64,000 nucleotides of DNA, from contig JBAQFI010000012.1 in assembly GCA_049287185.1 (NCBI GenBank), forward strand, positions 166,179 to 230,178. The letters run 5' to 3'. The position numbers were made by a program, and so were the translations under genes. This DNA is from Minisyncoccia bacterium (lineage in GTDB: Bacteria; Patescibacteriota; Minisyncoccia; Phycocordibacterales; GWA1-40-21). The first letter of the stretch is position 1. Every line of letters begins with the position of its first letter. Positions 38,190 through 48,953 of the stretch are shown in pieces. Under the pieces are notes generated by a model that worked only from the letters and a program-made list of their open reading frames with translations, made no database searches and was not told the DNA's origin.

Positions 38190-39675
38190 CGTCTTTTTCC
38201 TGTTTTTCCTGTTTACTATTTTTTGGTCTCATCAATGGAAAAATCTGACACTCACGCATTGGCTTATCCATAAGGAAACTAAAAAGGCGTTCAGAAAAAC
38301 CGAAACCACAAGTCGGTGGCATGCCATGTTCCAGGGCTTCCACAAAGTCAGTGTCATTCATTTGAGCTTCTTCGTCTCCTGCTTCACGAAGCATACTTTG
38401 GTCTGCAAAACGTCCTGCCTGGTCAATTGGATCATTGAGTTCACTGAAGCCCTTACCCATTTCTGACCCAGCCAAAATAATTTGGAATCGTTCAACTAAA
38501 TCTGGATTTTCACGAGACCTCTTGGCCAATGGTTCCATAAAAACTGGAACGTTAATAAGAAAGCCGGGTCCACCAATTTGTTTACGGCAAAATTTCCAAA
38601 GATTATCAATGCCTCTGGTCAAGTTGAAACCCTTACTGTCATATTCAACTTTCAATTCACGCAATTTTTCAGCAATCTCTTCATGATCGGTATTAAAAAT
38701 ATCAATGTTAGTTTTCTCTTTAATGATTTTTGCAAAATCATAAGTTGCCCATTCGGTGCCAAGATCAATATCAAAACCCTTAATTTTAAATTGTAGGGTA
38801 CCAAAAGTCTCTTTCGCAATATGACGATAAAAATCTTGGACAAACTTCATCCCTTGATTGTAATCGGCGTAAGCCCAATAAAATTCCATATGCATGTAAT
38901 CCTGTAAATGTTCGGCATCCATACCTTCATTACGAAATACCTTACCAATTTCAAAGACTTTAGGAAAACCAGCTACCATAAGACGCTTTAACCACAATTC
39001 TGGGGAAATACGTAAAAAAACATCCAAATCTAAGGCGTTGTGATGTGTAATAAATGGCTTTGCTTCAGCACCACCAGCCACATTTTCTAGGGTTGGAGTG
39101 TCAACTTCCATAAAACCATTTTTAACCAAAAATTCGCGGGTAGCTGACCAAAATTTTGAACGCTTCTCAATGACATTTCTCACATCAGGATTAGTGAGAA
39201 TATCCAAATATCTATAGCGCAAGCGTAGTTCCTCATCCTGGAGTCCTTCCCATTTATCTGGTAATGGTAAAAGTGATTTGGTTAAAATTCTCCAAGACTC
39301 AACTTTAACAGTTTTTTCTCCTCTTTTAGTAGCAAAAATTGTTCCGTTTACTTCCACAAAGTCTCCAATGTCTATAGTTTCAGCAAACAAATCAAAAGCG
39401 ACACCGTCCATCTCATCTTTTTTAAGTAGTGATTGAAATAAACCTGTGCCATCATTAAAATGAAAAAAAATCAAAACACCTTGACCGCGAAGAGACATTA
39501 TTCGTCCGCCTAAAGTAACCTTTTTAAGAGAAGTGGATAGGTCATCAAAATTAGCTATAGCCTCAACATTAGATAAATCACGTTTAGATTCGGCAGTAAA
39601 AGGGTCAATGCCTTTAGCACGTAAGATATCCATTTTCTTGACTCGGCCGGCACGGATTTCATCAAGTGAAGACAT
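38176..39675 (-). CDS. lysS: lysyl-tRNA synthetase, class II
   Basis: OB-fold N-domain and class II motifs 1-3. Confidence 0.95.
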   Translation of the reverse strand: MSSLDEIRAGRVKKMDILRAKGIDPFTAESKRDLSNVEAIANFDDLSTSLKKVTLGGRIMSLRGQGVLIFFHFNDGTGLFQSLLKKDEMDGVAFDLFAETIDIGDFVEVNGTIFATKRGEKTVKVESWRILTKSLLPLPDKWEGLQDEELRLRYRYLDILTNPDVRNVIEKRSKFWSATREFLVKNGFMEVDTPTLENVAGGAEAKPFITHHNALDLDVFLRISPELWLKRLMVAGFPKVFEIGKVFRNEGMDAEHLQDYMHMEFYWAYADYNQGMKFVQDFYRHIAKETFGTLQFKIKGFDIDLGTEWATYDFAKIIKEKTNIDIFNTDHEEIAEKLRELKVEYDSKGFNLTRGIDNLWKFCRKQIGGPGFLINVPVFMEPLAKRSRENPDLVERFQIILAGSEMGKGFSELNDPIDQAGRFADQSMLREAGDEEAQMNDTDFVEALEHGMPPTCGFGFSERLFSFLMDKPMRECQIFPLMRPKNSKQEKQEKDDENN

Positions 39676-39710
39676 AAAAAATATTTTGATTAATTTATAA
39701 TAGATACAGA

Positions 39711-40181
39711 TTACTTAACGTCAATAATTTTATAGGTGATAGCTCCCTTTGGAGAATTATAGGTAAATGACTCCCCTTTCTTTTTTCCAAGAACAGCCAT
39801 ACCAAATGGAGAGCGATTGGAAACTTTTCCTGTAGCCATATCCGCCTCTTCAGAACCAACAACAGTAAAACTTCTAGGTGTTTTTTCACCCTCCTTCTGA
39901 ACCTCAATCTTTGAACTAATTTCTACTACACCATGACCAGCATGTTCGGTAATAATGACAGCGTTTTTTAAAATAAGCTCAAGTTTTATAATACGATCCT
40001 CCAAGTTTGCTTGGGCTTCGCGAGCTTCCTGATATTCAGCGTTTTCTGATAAGTCACCTAAAGAACGGGCATAGTCTAATTCTTCAGCAATTTGCTTTCT
40101 TTTAGTGGTCTTTAAAAATTGTAATTCATTCTTAAATTCTTCAAACTTTTCCTTAGACAAGTATTCTTTTACCTCTTTCAT
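39711..40181 (-). CDS. greA: transcription elongation factor GreA
   Basis: coiled-coil with DLSENAEY and FKBP-like C-domain. Confidence 0.9.
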   Translation of the reverse strand: MKEVKEYLSKEKFEEFKNELQFLKTTKRKQIAEELDYARSLGDLSENAEYQEAREAQANLEDRIIKLELILKNAVIITEHAGHGVVEISSKIEVQKEGEKTPRSFTVVGSEEADMATGKVSNRSPFGMAVLGKKKGESFTYNSPKGAITYKIIDVK

Positions 40182-40344
40182 CTTAATTAAAGATTATTAT
40201 TAAAAACTGGCTTAGATTATAGCCTTTATTGACTAAAAAGTCAAAAAATGACAATCCATGACTTGAGCATTATTTTAGTGATAATTTACATGATTGAGAT
40301 TTAATATTTATTAGTATCTTCGGCTATTATTCATAGAAAAATTA

Positions 40345-42051
40345 CTATTTCAGATATTCCGGTCGATACAAAATAATCCATTTAATTATTTCACTCATAA
40401 CTGAAGAGGCACCAATAGTGTTACTTCGTGGACCTTTTTCCATCATCATAACAAAGGCATAATGTGGTTTTTCATAGGGAAAATATCCCATTACCCAAGA
40501 GTTAACTTTAATTTTACCTTCATCAATTTCAGCTGTACCAGTTTTAGCGGCAATAGCTACCTCTGGAAAATTTAAAGCTTGAGCAACACCACTAACTGCT
40601 CCTTGTCTCATACCCTCTTTTACCACCTGAAAAGCACTTGGTAAAATATTCCAATTTTGATTCCATTTTGTCTCTTCATCAATTAAAATTTTTGGGTTAA
40701 CGATTTTACCATTGTTAGCAATACCAGCTACTGTTCGCAACATTATGATTGGTGTAACTTGAAAACCATATTGACCAATAGAAGTGTTGTAGGTATCACC
40801 TAGACGCCAGACTCCATCTTTAAAGTTCAAGGCTTTCCAGTCTGGACTTGGTACAATTCCGGCCGCACCGCTAAAAAAACTATCGGCAACGGGCTGATTG
40901 ATACCAAACATCTTCATGTACTCATTTATCCGACCGATACCTAAACCAACCTGTTCGTCAGGCTCATAACCACCACCTAGACGATAAAAATACTCATTCG
41001 ATGATACCGCAATTGCCTCTCGCATATCAACATAACCGTGAGCTTTCCAGTCCTTAAAAATACTTGGTTTGGTTTTATCATAGGGATTTGGCACTACCAA
41101 TTGTCCGGAACTATAAAAGTTTTGCAAAGGATCAATAATTTTTTCATTGAGTCCTGACAAAGCCATTAATGGTTTAACAATAGATCCTGGAGTATACAAA
41201 CCATCAGTCAAACGGTTCAAGAATGGTTTGTTTTTACTTGTTAAATAACTATTGATTAGTTTTGTATTGTCACCATCAGTTAAAACTTGTGACGAATATT
41301 CAGGATAATTAACAGCAGCCAGGACCTCACCATTAGTAATATCCATCATCATCATTGCTCCACCACCAAAACCAACTCGATTAGCCAAATCATCCATCGT
41401 TTCATAGGCCTGAGTTTGTAGTTCAGAATCAATAGTCATTACTAGATTTTTGCCATTCTGAGGTGCCCTAATTGTACTTGAGGATTGAATAGCTCCAACA
41501 GCATCAACTTCAACAATTCTTAGACCATTCTGACCAGATAATTCATCATTGTAATACTTTTCTAATCCCGCTTTACCATCCAAAACTTCATTATAGTAAA
41601 AACCCATTTTATCCTTCTGTGGGTATTTTAGGTAGCCTATTAATGAAGAAACTCCTGGTTTAGAATTGTATCGTCTTAAAGTAAACTCTTCCTCCTGACT
41701 AATAATATTTTCGGCTAATACTTTTTGATTTCTATCAAGAATTAATCCTCGGTCAGCAAAAACCAACGTCTCTCGAAGTCGGTTATTTTCACTTCTTAAA
41801 GCATAGGCACTACCTTTGGTTATTTGTAATTCCCAGATGCGAAATCCAAAAATTAATATAACAATAACAAAAAAAATACCAATGCTAAATAAACTCAAAA
41901 AAGAAATAGGCTTTTCAATTTGCCCTTCAAACTGGTCGAGATTATGTTTTGGCAAGTTACTCGAGTCTAGAAAAATCTCATCCGGATCAATATCCCGATT
42001 ATACTTTTTTACTGAATGCCTACGCCATTTTATGAACCATCTTCGCCACAT
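40345..42051 (-). CDS. mrdA: penicillin-binding protein 2 (elongasome transpeptidase; SIVKP, SSN, KTGTA)
   Basis: motifs plus adjacency to mreBCD. Confidence 0.85.
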   Translation of the reverse strand: MWRRWFIKWRRHSVKKYNRDIDPDEIFLDSSNLPKHNLDQFEGQIEKPISFLSLFSIGIFFVIVILIFGFRIWELQITKGSAYALRSENNRLRETLVFADRGLILDRNQKVLAENIISQEEEFTLRRYNSKPGVSSLIGYLKYPQKDKMGFYYNEVLDGKAGLEKYYNDELSGQNGLRIVEVDAVGAIQSSSTIRAPQNGKNLVMTIDSELQTQAYETMDDLANRVGFGGGAMMMMDITNGEVLAAVNYPEYSSQVLTDGDNTKLINSYLTSKNKPFLNRLTDGLYTPGSIVKPLMALSGLNEKIIDPLQNFYSSGQLVVPNPYDKTKPSIFKDWKAHGYVDMREAIAVSSNEYFYRLGGGYEPDEQVGLGIGRINEYMKMFGINQPVADSFFSGAAGIVPSPDWKALNFKDGVWRLGDTYNTSIGQYGFQVTPIIMLRTVAGIANNGKIVNPKILIDEETKWNQNWNILPSAFQVVKEGMRQGAVSGVAQALNFPEVAIAAKTGTAEIDEGKIKVNSWVMGYFPYEKPHYAFVMMMEKGPRSNTIGASSVMSEIIKWIILYRPEYLK

Positions 42052-42052
42052 A

Positions 42053-42316
42053 TTAATTATCGAAAGAGTAAAATTTGAGCCGACTCTTAAGCGGTTTAAT
42101 TAGAATAAAAAGCAATAAAAATAGTAATGAAAATTTCCAGGCAGAAAAACTAAGAGCTGGATAAGTGTTATATAAAACGTCTAGAAAAATTACAGCAATC
42201 ACAGCCTCCAAATAATTATCAAATAAAAATAAACCAATAATAGCCAAAATAACTGTCAGCCACCACGGGGCAAGAAAGACTGATAAAAATAAAAATGTTC
42301 CGGCAATAACTCTCAT
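42053..42316 (-). CDS. mreD: probable rod-shape protein MreD (small polytopic membrane protein)
   Basis: position after mreC, hydrophobicity. Confidence 0.4.
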   Translation of the reverse strand: MRVIAGTFLFLSVFLAPWWLTVILAIIGLFLFDNYLEAVIAVIFLDVLYNTYPALSFSAWKFSLLFLLLFILIKPLKSRLKFYSFDN

Positions 42317-42319
42317 ATA

Positions 42320-43123
42320 TTATTTTTTAATAATTTCCACAAACTTCAGCTCTAGGAGATTGACAGGGTTTTTAAAATATACATTTTGAAAAGTATCAGA
42401 AGCCTCTGACACAATTTTTTCCACCACACCAAAAACATTTAAGGAAATTGACGGTACGACCACACTATCCCCCTCTTTTAATTCTGTTTCTTTTGGTAAA
42501 CGAACAATAAAATTTCCGGAGCCAATGCCTTTAGCCTCAGCTTGAATAGAATTTGGGCCTAATAAAACATTCGTTACGGCGTTTGGCGTAGAAAATAATG
42601 ATACTTTTGAGGTTTTACTAAAAACTTCCGTCACTTCTCCCAAAACAATAGTGCCGTCAACGGAAACCAGATCCCCAACCTTAATATCAAAATTGTTTCC
42701 AGCGTCAACAATGATTTCATCATAAAAACTAATGCCTGGTTTTGACAAAACATAGGCCAATACAGACTGTTGTTTTTCATCCTTACGTCCCAAAGCTTCT
42801 TGAAGAGAAAGATTTTCTTGACGAAGAAAATCATTTACCAAAACATAATAATCAGTTTTATTTTTTGCTTCACGTAGAGCCCTATTTTCTTCAACTAATG
42901 AGCGTTTCGAAGAAAAAAGATTGGCACTATCGATTAACAAAACTTCTATAACATTTTCAAGTTTCCATAGTGGTCTACCAACCATGAAGACCAGATTACG
43001 GAAGGATGAAGAGATAAAAATAAGAATTAGAAAAATAATTACCACAGAAAAAAATATGGTTCTTTTTTTTCTCCCTCTTTTGGGCGAACTAAATGTATAA
43101 TTATTTTTTTGGTGGTAGTTCAT
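42320..43123 (-). CDS. mreC: rod shape-determining protein MreC
   Basis: TM, coiled coil, beta-rich C-domain; operon position. Confidence 0.7.
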   Translation of the reverse strand: MNYHQKNNYTFSSPKRGRKKRTIFFSVVIIFLILIFISSSFRNLVFMVGRPLWKLENVIEVLLIDSANLFSSKRSLVEENRALREAKNKTDYYVLVNDFLRQENLSLQEALGRKDEKQQSVLAYVLSKPGISFYDEIIVDAGNNFDIKVGDLVSVDGTIVLGEVTEVFSKTSKVSLFSTPNAVTNVLLGPNSIQAEAKGIGSGNFIVRLPKETELKEGDSVVVPSISLNVFGVVEKIVSEASDTFQNVYFKNPVNLLELKFVEIIKK

Positions 43124-44174
43124 CTTCGTTTTGGATCAAAACTTCATCAAAATCCGAAAGATTCTCCAGAATTATACCAGTGCCACGGGCAATGGCGGTC
43201 AACGGATCATCAGAAATAAAAACCGGAATTTTAAAGGTCTCCTTAAGTAAGGTATCTAAACCTCTAATCAATGCTCCTCCTCCAACCAAGTGAATACCTC
43301 TCTGCATAATATCAGACACAATTTCTGGCGGAGTTGTTTCCAAAACTTCTTTTACTGCTTCGACCAAGGAATCGATAGATTGCGCCATAGCCTCACGAAT
43401 ATCGGCATCTGTAATAATCACTTCTCGTGGCAGACCAGTAATTAAGTCACGTCCTTTAATAGAAGTTTCCATGGCCTCCATAGGCACAACTGACCCAATT
43501 TTAATTTTAATTTCTTCAGCCGTTTTTTCACCAATAAGAATTTTAAATTCACTACGAATGTATGCAATAACATCGTTATTAAGTTTAACGCCAGCAATAC
43601 GAAGATTTTTTGAACGAACAATTCCGCTTAAGGAAATCACAGCGATGTCTGTGGTACCACCACCGATATCTATCACCATACTGGCCACGGCTTCTTTAAC
43701 GGGTAATTTAATACCAATAGCTCCAGCCATTGGCTCCTCAACAATGTAAACCTCACGAGCGCCAGCATTTCTAGTCGCATCACGAACAGCGCGAATCTCG
43801 ACGTTTGTTACTCCAGAAGGCACACCAACGACTACTCGTGGTCCAAGTAACTTTTTAGAACCTTTTTCCGCAGTACGTAGTAAATGAGCAATCATTTCTT
43901 CGGTCACTTCGAAATCAGAAATAACACCATCAACAAGAGGACAAATAGCAGTAATATGTGGAGGTGTACGACCAAGCATTTCTTTAGCTTGGCAACCAAC
44001 AGCGACTACTCGCCCGGTCTTTTGGTTCACTGCTACAACTGATGGCTCGTTAACTACAATTCCCCTTCCCGCCATGTAAACCAAAGAATTGGCAGTACCA
44101 AGATCAATCCCAATATCATTTGAGAATCTTCTGTTTATTTTCTTTCTGATTTGATTTCTGATTTTCTTGATCAT
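43101..44174 (-). CDS. mreB: rod shape-determining protein MreB (actin-like ATPase)
   Basis: GIDLGTANSL phosphate-1, DIGGGTTD phosphate-2. Confidence 0.95.
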   Translation of the reverse strand: MIKKIRNQIRKKINRRFSNDIGIDLGTANSLVYMAGRGIVVNEPSVVAVNQKTGRVVAVGCQAKEMLGRTPPHITAICPLVDGVISDFEVTEEMIAHLLRTAEKGSKKLLGPRVVVGVPSGVTNVEIRAVRDATRNAGAREVYIVEEPMAGAIGIKLPVKEAVASMVIDIGGGTTDIAVISLSGIVRSKNLRIAGVKLNNDVIAYIRSEFKILIGEKTAEEIKIKIGSVVPMEAMETSIKGRDLITGLPREVIITDADIREAMAQSIDSLVEAVKEVLETTPPEIVSDIMQRGIHLVGGGALIRGLDTLLKETFKIPVFISDDPLTAIARGTGIILENLSDFDEVLIQNEDELPPKK

Positions 44175-44204
44175 GACAGTTAATGATTATACCTGACTTA
44201 AAAT

Positions 44205-45464
44205 CTATTTATTAAAATCTTTCACCCAGTCAACTAGTTTAGCTTCTGCTACCATTCTTACTTCTCCAGTTTGGCGATTCTTCATTTCGTATTCTCCACC
44301 AGCCACCAGTTTTTCACTTATAACTAAACGCAAAGGTATACCGATAAGATCAGCATCGGCAAATTTTTCCCCTGGACGGAGAGCTCGATCATCCCATAAA
44401 ACTTCAAGACCAGCCTCTATTAAGGAATTATATATTTCTTCTGTCTTTTGTCTAACTGTTTCATTGTCAGCCCCAATTTCAATCAAATGAACGAGGAAAG
44501 GTGCAATATTCTTTGGCCAAATAATTCCTTTGTCATCACTTAGGTTTTCCACTATTGTTCCCATCACGCGTCCTGGGCCGATACCATAACTACCCATAAA
44601 AACCAGTTTCTTCTCTCCTTTTTCATCAGCGTAACTCAAATCGATAGCCTCAGAGAATTTTTCACCAAGAGTAAAAATATTACCTACTTCAATGGCTTTC
44701 TTTTCCACCAAATCTTTATTTTTACATTCTGGACAGATTGATTGTTCCGCTATTAATTCCTTGTTTACAGCTACGTGACATTTTTCACAAACGTAAATCA
44801 AATCCTCACCGGCTTCACTTACGGTCTGAAACTCATGAGAATATTTACTAAAGGTTCCACCAGTCGCAATCGTGACATAGGTTTTTTCACCAATACCCAA
44901 ACGATTAAATATTTTTGTATAAGCCTGTTTAGCTTTCTCGTAAAAAACCTCGTGTTGTTCTTTGTTCAAACAAAAAGAATACAAATCCTTCATTAAAAAT
45001 TCTCGGCCACGCATAATACCGCTTTTGGCTCGAGCTTCATTACGAAATTTAGTTTGAAATTGATAAACAGAAAAAGGTAAATCACGGAAAGAACGAACAT
45101 GATTTTTAAGCATGGCCGTAATCGGTTCCTCGTGCGTAAAACCTAATCCAACTTTTGTACCATTTTTTAATTCGGTTTTAAACCAAATTTCAACTGCCTT
45201 ATCATCCCAACGTCCGGACTTTTCCCATGGAGCCTTGTCCTGGAGAGCTGTCATCTCAAGTTCCTGTCCACCAAGAGCATTCATTTCTTCACGAATAACG
45301 TTAACAATTTTATTTAATGTTCTAAGCCCTAAAGGTAAATAAGCATAAACACCGGCTAATTCCTTGTTGATAAAACCAGCTCGAATCAGATACTGGGCAT
45401 TTTTTGATACCTCATCTTTTGGAGCTTCTTTTCTGGTCTTGGTGAAAAGTTTTGATTGTTGCAT
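44205..45464 (-). CDS. proS: prolyl-tRNA synthetase, compact bacterial form lacking the INS editing domain
   Basis: class II motifs, ProRS N-terminus, C-terminal anticodon-binding domain; 419 aa. Confidence 0.9.
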   Translation of the reverse strand: MQQSKLFTKTRKEAPKDEVSKNAQYLIRAGFINKELAGVYAYLPLGLRTLNKIVNVIREEMNALGGQELEMTALQDKAPWEKSGRWDDKAVEIWFKTELKNGTKVGLGFTHEEPITAMLKNHVRSFRDLPFSVYQFQTKFRNEARAKSGIMRGREFLMKDLYSFCLNKEQHEVFYEKAKQAYTKIFNRLGIGEKTYVTIATGGTFSKYSHEFQTVSEAGEDLIYVCEKCHVAVNKELIAEQSICPECKNKDLVEKKAIEVGNIFTLGEKFSEAIDLSYADEKGEKKLVFMGSYGIGPGRVMGTIVENLSDDKGIIWPKNIAPFLVHLIEIGADNETVRQKTEEIYNSLIEAGLEVLWDDRALRPGEKFADADLIGIPLRLVISEKLVAGGEYEMKNRQTGEVRMVAEAKLVDWVKDFNK

Positions 45465-45659
45465 TTGTCCTTATTCTAAGCAAAAAAATGGGATTTTGCA
45501 ACCTAGATATAATTATGTATAGGCCACAATAAAACAGCGACCGCGTCCTTATTGTGCCTAGAATTATTGTATGTAAAAAATGAAACTATTATTGCTATTA
45601 AAAATAGAATGTTGTAATCTTGAAATCAGAAACGAACCTAACTAATAGTAAGGAGAAAA

Positions 45660-45908
45660 ATGAATAATCGAACAGATCCAAAAGCTTTTGGTCTGGCTAT
45701 GGCTAACGTTGCTATGAGTGCAGCACATATGACCTACAACGCCAGGAGGGGCAAAAAAATTGTTGAACATAGTATAGAAAGTCTTGAGGCTTGCATAAAA
45801 AGTCTTGAAATTTGCATAAAAAATCTCCGAGAAAGACTACCTGAGATTCAACCGAAAAAAGCCACTCCAGCCTACAAAAAAGCTAGGTATGGAAAAAAGA
45901 ACAGGTAG
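45660..45908 (+). CDS. small hypothetical basic protein
   Basis: ORF followed by strong terminator. Confidence 0.35.
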   Translation: MNNRTDPKAFGLAMANVAMSAAHMTYNARRGKKIVEHSIESLEACIKSLEICIKNLRERLPEIQPKKATPAYKKARYGKKNR

Positions 45909-45925
45909 ATATTACCTAGTAAAGT

Positions 45926-45960
45926 AAAAACCGCCAAAATTTATTTTGGCGGTTTTCTTC
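45926..45960. terminator. bidirectional terminator aaaaccgccaaaat-ttat-tttggcggtttt
   Basis: seen directly. Confidence 0.7.
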
Positions 45961-45970
45961 TTTAAAAAAA

Positions 45971-47059
45971 TTAAATTAATTTAAGAATATCTTTAACTGA
46001 AATAACAATCATCAGAAGTATCAGCAACATGAAGCCGACGGCATTAACTCTATTCGCCCATTTTGGATTGAGTGGACGACGGATAATCGCTTCAATACCA
46101 ATAAAAAGTAATCGTCCGCCATCAAGCGCTGGAAACGGAACGAGATTAAGTACTGCCAAGTTTATAGAAATCATAGCGGCAAAGCTGATAACGTAGGACC
46201 AACCAGCGGCTTTGGCTGAACCAACCATGCCAACAATACCGACTGGTCCAGAAATCTGAGAATAATCTGCCTGACCAATAAAAGCCTGACCGATAAACGA
46301 ATAGAGACTGACAAAAATGGCCTTGGTAGCTAAAATCGTATATTTCAGACCCTCCCAGGCAGCTAAATGAAATGGTAAACGCAGGTTGAGGGCTTCACTC
46401 ATCATAATTCCGACCGCTTTTTTGCCTTCAACCACACCGCTGACTGGAGTCACAAAAATGGTAACTGGTTCATTACTTCTGATTACACTGATAGCCAATT
46501 CGCCGTCAGCTTCTTTTATAAAATTTTGAACTGAATCAACAGTTGGTGCTTCCAAAATACGATCAGCGGTTTTTATTGAAACAATTTCATCGCCTCTCTC
46601 AAAACCTGCTTTCTCAGCTGGAGAATTCTTTTCCACTGAAACAATCATAACCAAATTACCACTGGAATATTGTTCATAATTTTGCGCTGCTGGAGCGGCT
46701 ACACCAGTCATAAATGAGGCGGTAAAAAGAGGCCAGGCAATAAGAAAATTACATAAAACTCCAGAGGAGATTATAAGTGCTTGCTTCCATTTTTTAGCCT
46801 TAGTAAAACTTCTTTCATTATCGACTCCACATTCAGTATCGTCATCAGGAGTTTCCCCATGAATTTTTACGTAACCACCGAATGGAATAGCATTCAGTTT
46901 ATAGGTAGTTTCTCCAACTTTCTTTCTATATAAGGTTGGAGGAAAACCAACAGCAAATTCATCAACGCGAACACCAGATTTCTTGGCCACAACAAAATGA
47001 CCTAACTCGTGAACAAAAACTAGGACTGCTAGTATTACTAAGAAAATTATTATAGTCAT
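45971..47059 (-). CDS. rseP: site-2 zinc metalloprotease RseP (HELGH, PDZ, LDGG)
   Basis: M50 motifs. Confidence 0.85.
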   Translation of the reverse strand: MTIIIFLVILAVLVFVHELGHFVVAKKSGVRVDEFAVGFPPTLYRKKVGETTYKLNAIPFGGYVKIHGETPDDDTECGVDNERSFTKAKKWKQALIISSGVLCNFLIAWPLFTASFMTGVAAPAAQNYEQYSSGNLVMIVSVEKNSPAEKAGFERGDEIVSIKTADRILEAPTVDSVQNFIKEADGELAISVIRSNEPVTIFVTPVSGVVEGKKAVGIMMSEALNLRLPFHLAAWEGLKYTILATKAIFVSLYSFIGQAFIGQADYSQISGPVGIVGMVGSAKAAGWSYVISFAAMISINLAVLNLVPFPALDGGRLLFIGIEAIIRRPLNPKWANRVNAVGFMLLILLMIVISVKDILKLI

Positions 47060-47075
47060 TATTTTAAATATTATG

Positions 47076-47213
47076 GAATTAACGAATCAACAAATGGACA
47101 AATGATACGAATCGAATTGACGAATTTCAACGAATAAAAATATCTCCAGTATTCATTCGTATGATATTTGTTAATCGATTCGTTGTATTCGTGTCATTCG
47201 TATATTCGTTAAA
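47076..47213. repeat. CGAAT-rich palindromic repeat element (family A), two inverted half-copies
   Basis: matches 11219-11358 and 7136-7196. Confidence 0.6.
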
Positions 47214-47215
47214 TG

Positions 47216-47767
47216 TTACAAAGAGATTTCTTTTTCTTTTCTTGCAAAAACTTCTTCCAGTTTCAAATTTGAATCATCAACATATTTTTGTAATTCAACT
47301 TTGTTGCGCTTGTGATCATCTTCACCAATTAAACCATCATCTTTTTTCTTATCAAGGTCAGTAAGAGTGTCGGTTCTGGCTGAGCGCAAAGAAATACGAG
47401 CATCTTCCAATTTTGATTTTGCCAATTTAAGTAAAGTGGTTCTAGTTTCGGAGGTTAATTCAGGAAAATTGACTCGGATACCCTTATCATCCGACATAAC
47501 GGACACACCAAGGTTAGCCACTTGAATCGCTTTTTCTAGAGCCTTTAGAACACTGTTGTCCCACGGGACTACACGTAAAGAACGTGCCCCTTCAGTAGTA
47601 ATACCTGCCACTTGATTGACTGGGCTCATTTGACCATAAGCCTCAACACGAACGCCATCGAGAATCATTGGTGAAGCCTGACCAGTACGAATTCCCTGAT
47701 ATTCTTTATGTAGCCAATCCTCTACTTCTTTAACCTTATTCTTAAAAATATTAAAATCGTAAGCCAT
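47216..47767 (-). CDS. frr: ribosome recycling factor
   Basis: full-length RRF similarity. Confidence 0.95.
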   Translation of the reverse strand: MAYDFNIFKNKVKEVEDWLHKEYQGIRTGQASPMILDGVRVEAYGQMSPVNQVAGITTEGARSLRVVPWDNSVLKALEKAIQVANLGVSVMSDDKGIRVNFPELTSETRTTLLKLAKSKLEDARISLRSARTDTLTDLDKKKDDGLIGEDDHKRNKVELQKYVDDSNLKLEEVFARKEKEISL

Positions 47768-47802
47768 ATGTTTGATTTACCCGGTAAAGTCGACAATTCT
47801 GA

Positions 47803-47835
47803 TTGTCGTCCCCGCGCAGGCGGGGATCCAGTCAG
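47803..47835. repeat. solo IR-A-variant arm (gattgtcgtccccgcgcaggcggggatccagtc) preceded by gacaattctgattgtc palindrome and TTTACCCGGTAAA palindrome just upstream of the frr start
   Basis: same composite upstream of murA at 52823-52903. Confidence 0.5.
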
Positions 47836-47952
47836 ATTATCTTTCTTTCGGGTTAAATTATTACTTGTAATTATACCCGTATTCTAACATAAAACAACAA
47901 ACAAAAGAAAACTGCACCATTTCTGATGCAGTTATGTTTCTGTTTTTTACTT

Positions 47953-48096
47953 TAGTTAGGAACGTACATCCGGCGGAGGGCCATCACCCAATGTGGATCT
48001 ACCCTCTTGGTGTAATGATGAACTGAGGTGGTTGTATTTTCGTCAGCCACCAATCCTTTCATTACTTTGCCTTTTAAGGCCTTCTTTCTAATCATT
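47953..48096 (-). CDS. candidate 47-aa basic/His-containing peptide, GGAGG RBS, GC-rich
   Basis: manual ORF; RBS; coupled to upstream peptide; terminator downstream at about 47912-47950. Confidence 0.3.
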
Positions 48097-48111
48097 TCTA
48101 CCTCCATCAAT

Positions 48112-48237
48112 TAAATTTTTGTTTTTGTTGTTTTCGATATTATGTACTTTTTCCAGTATTTTTGAGCTTAATTTCAAAATTACCGTGCCAACAAGAAATT
48201 CGCTAATCGATATAGCAGCAAAAAGAAATGTCTTCAC
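48112..48237 (-). CDS. candidate 41-aa single-TM peptide with GTG start and AGGAGG RBS
   Basis: manual ORF. Confidence 0.3.
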
Positions 48238-48316
48238 AACAACCTCCTATTCAATTGTTTACTACTCTACAACTATTATACAACCTTTTTAGTAGAATAG
48301 CAAGATGTAAAATTAA

Positions 48317-48346
48317 AAACGGGAGAACTTTTACATTCTCCCGTTT
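48317..48346 (-). terminator. terminator aacgggagaa-loop-ttctcccgtt + T-run for 48363-48872 gene
   Basis: seen directly. Confidence 0.65.
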
Positions 48347-48362
48347 AGGTTTGAGGATCAGA

Positions 48363-48872
48363 TTATATTGACTTTCCATATTCTAATTCATCTTCAGCAT
48401 CTCCGTAGCCCATTATCGCCGCTTCATGTACGAAACCTGCTTTAAAAGCAATCTCTGCTGCTGTCTTGAAATTCTCTTCAGCTTTTTCAGCATCATTGCT
48501 CAGTTTTTCAAACTGAATAGTTTTTTCTAGGATTGCAACAGGGGTCAGACTCTTATATCCTTCTGATTCTTTTATTTTATCAATCTCTTCATTAATCAAC
48601 TCCAATTCCTCATTAGTGTTGATCACCTTGTTTTTTAGAGCAAAAAGCTTGCCCACTATCAGTTTTTGAAGATATGTTTTTTCTTCATCCAACCTTCCGG
48701 AAATACATTCTCCAAAATATTTTGTCTCCATTTTTTTTCTTTCAGAATTGGCTGTCAAGAGAAACCATAAATAGAAACAAAAAATAGGTAGACTACCAAT
48801 GACACAAACACTTAATCCAGGATGGTGTGAAGTGAAATTGCTAACACTCATTAGAAATTCGTACATAATCAA
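48363..48872 (-). CDS. hypothetical protein with N-terminal TM and coiled coil
   Basis: ORF. Confidence 0.4.
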   Translation of the reverse strand: MIMYEFLMSVSNFTSHHPGLSVCVIGSLPIFCFYLWFLLTANSERKKMETKYFGECISGRLDEEKTYLQKLIVGKLFALKNKVINTNEELELINEEIDKIKESEGYKSLTPVAILEKTIQFEKLSNDAEKAEENFKTAAEIAFKAGFVHEAAIMGYGDAEDELEYGKSI

Positions 48873-48953
48873 CCTCTCTTTCTTTTTTTGATTTAAATAA
48901 CTTTATACTACATCTGTTTTCTATAGTACACTTAAATATTAGCTCTGTCAATA

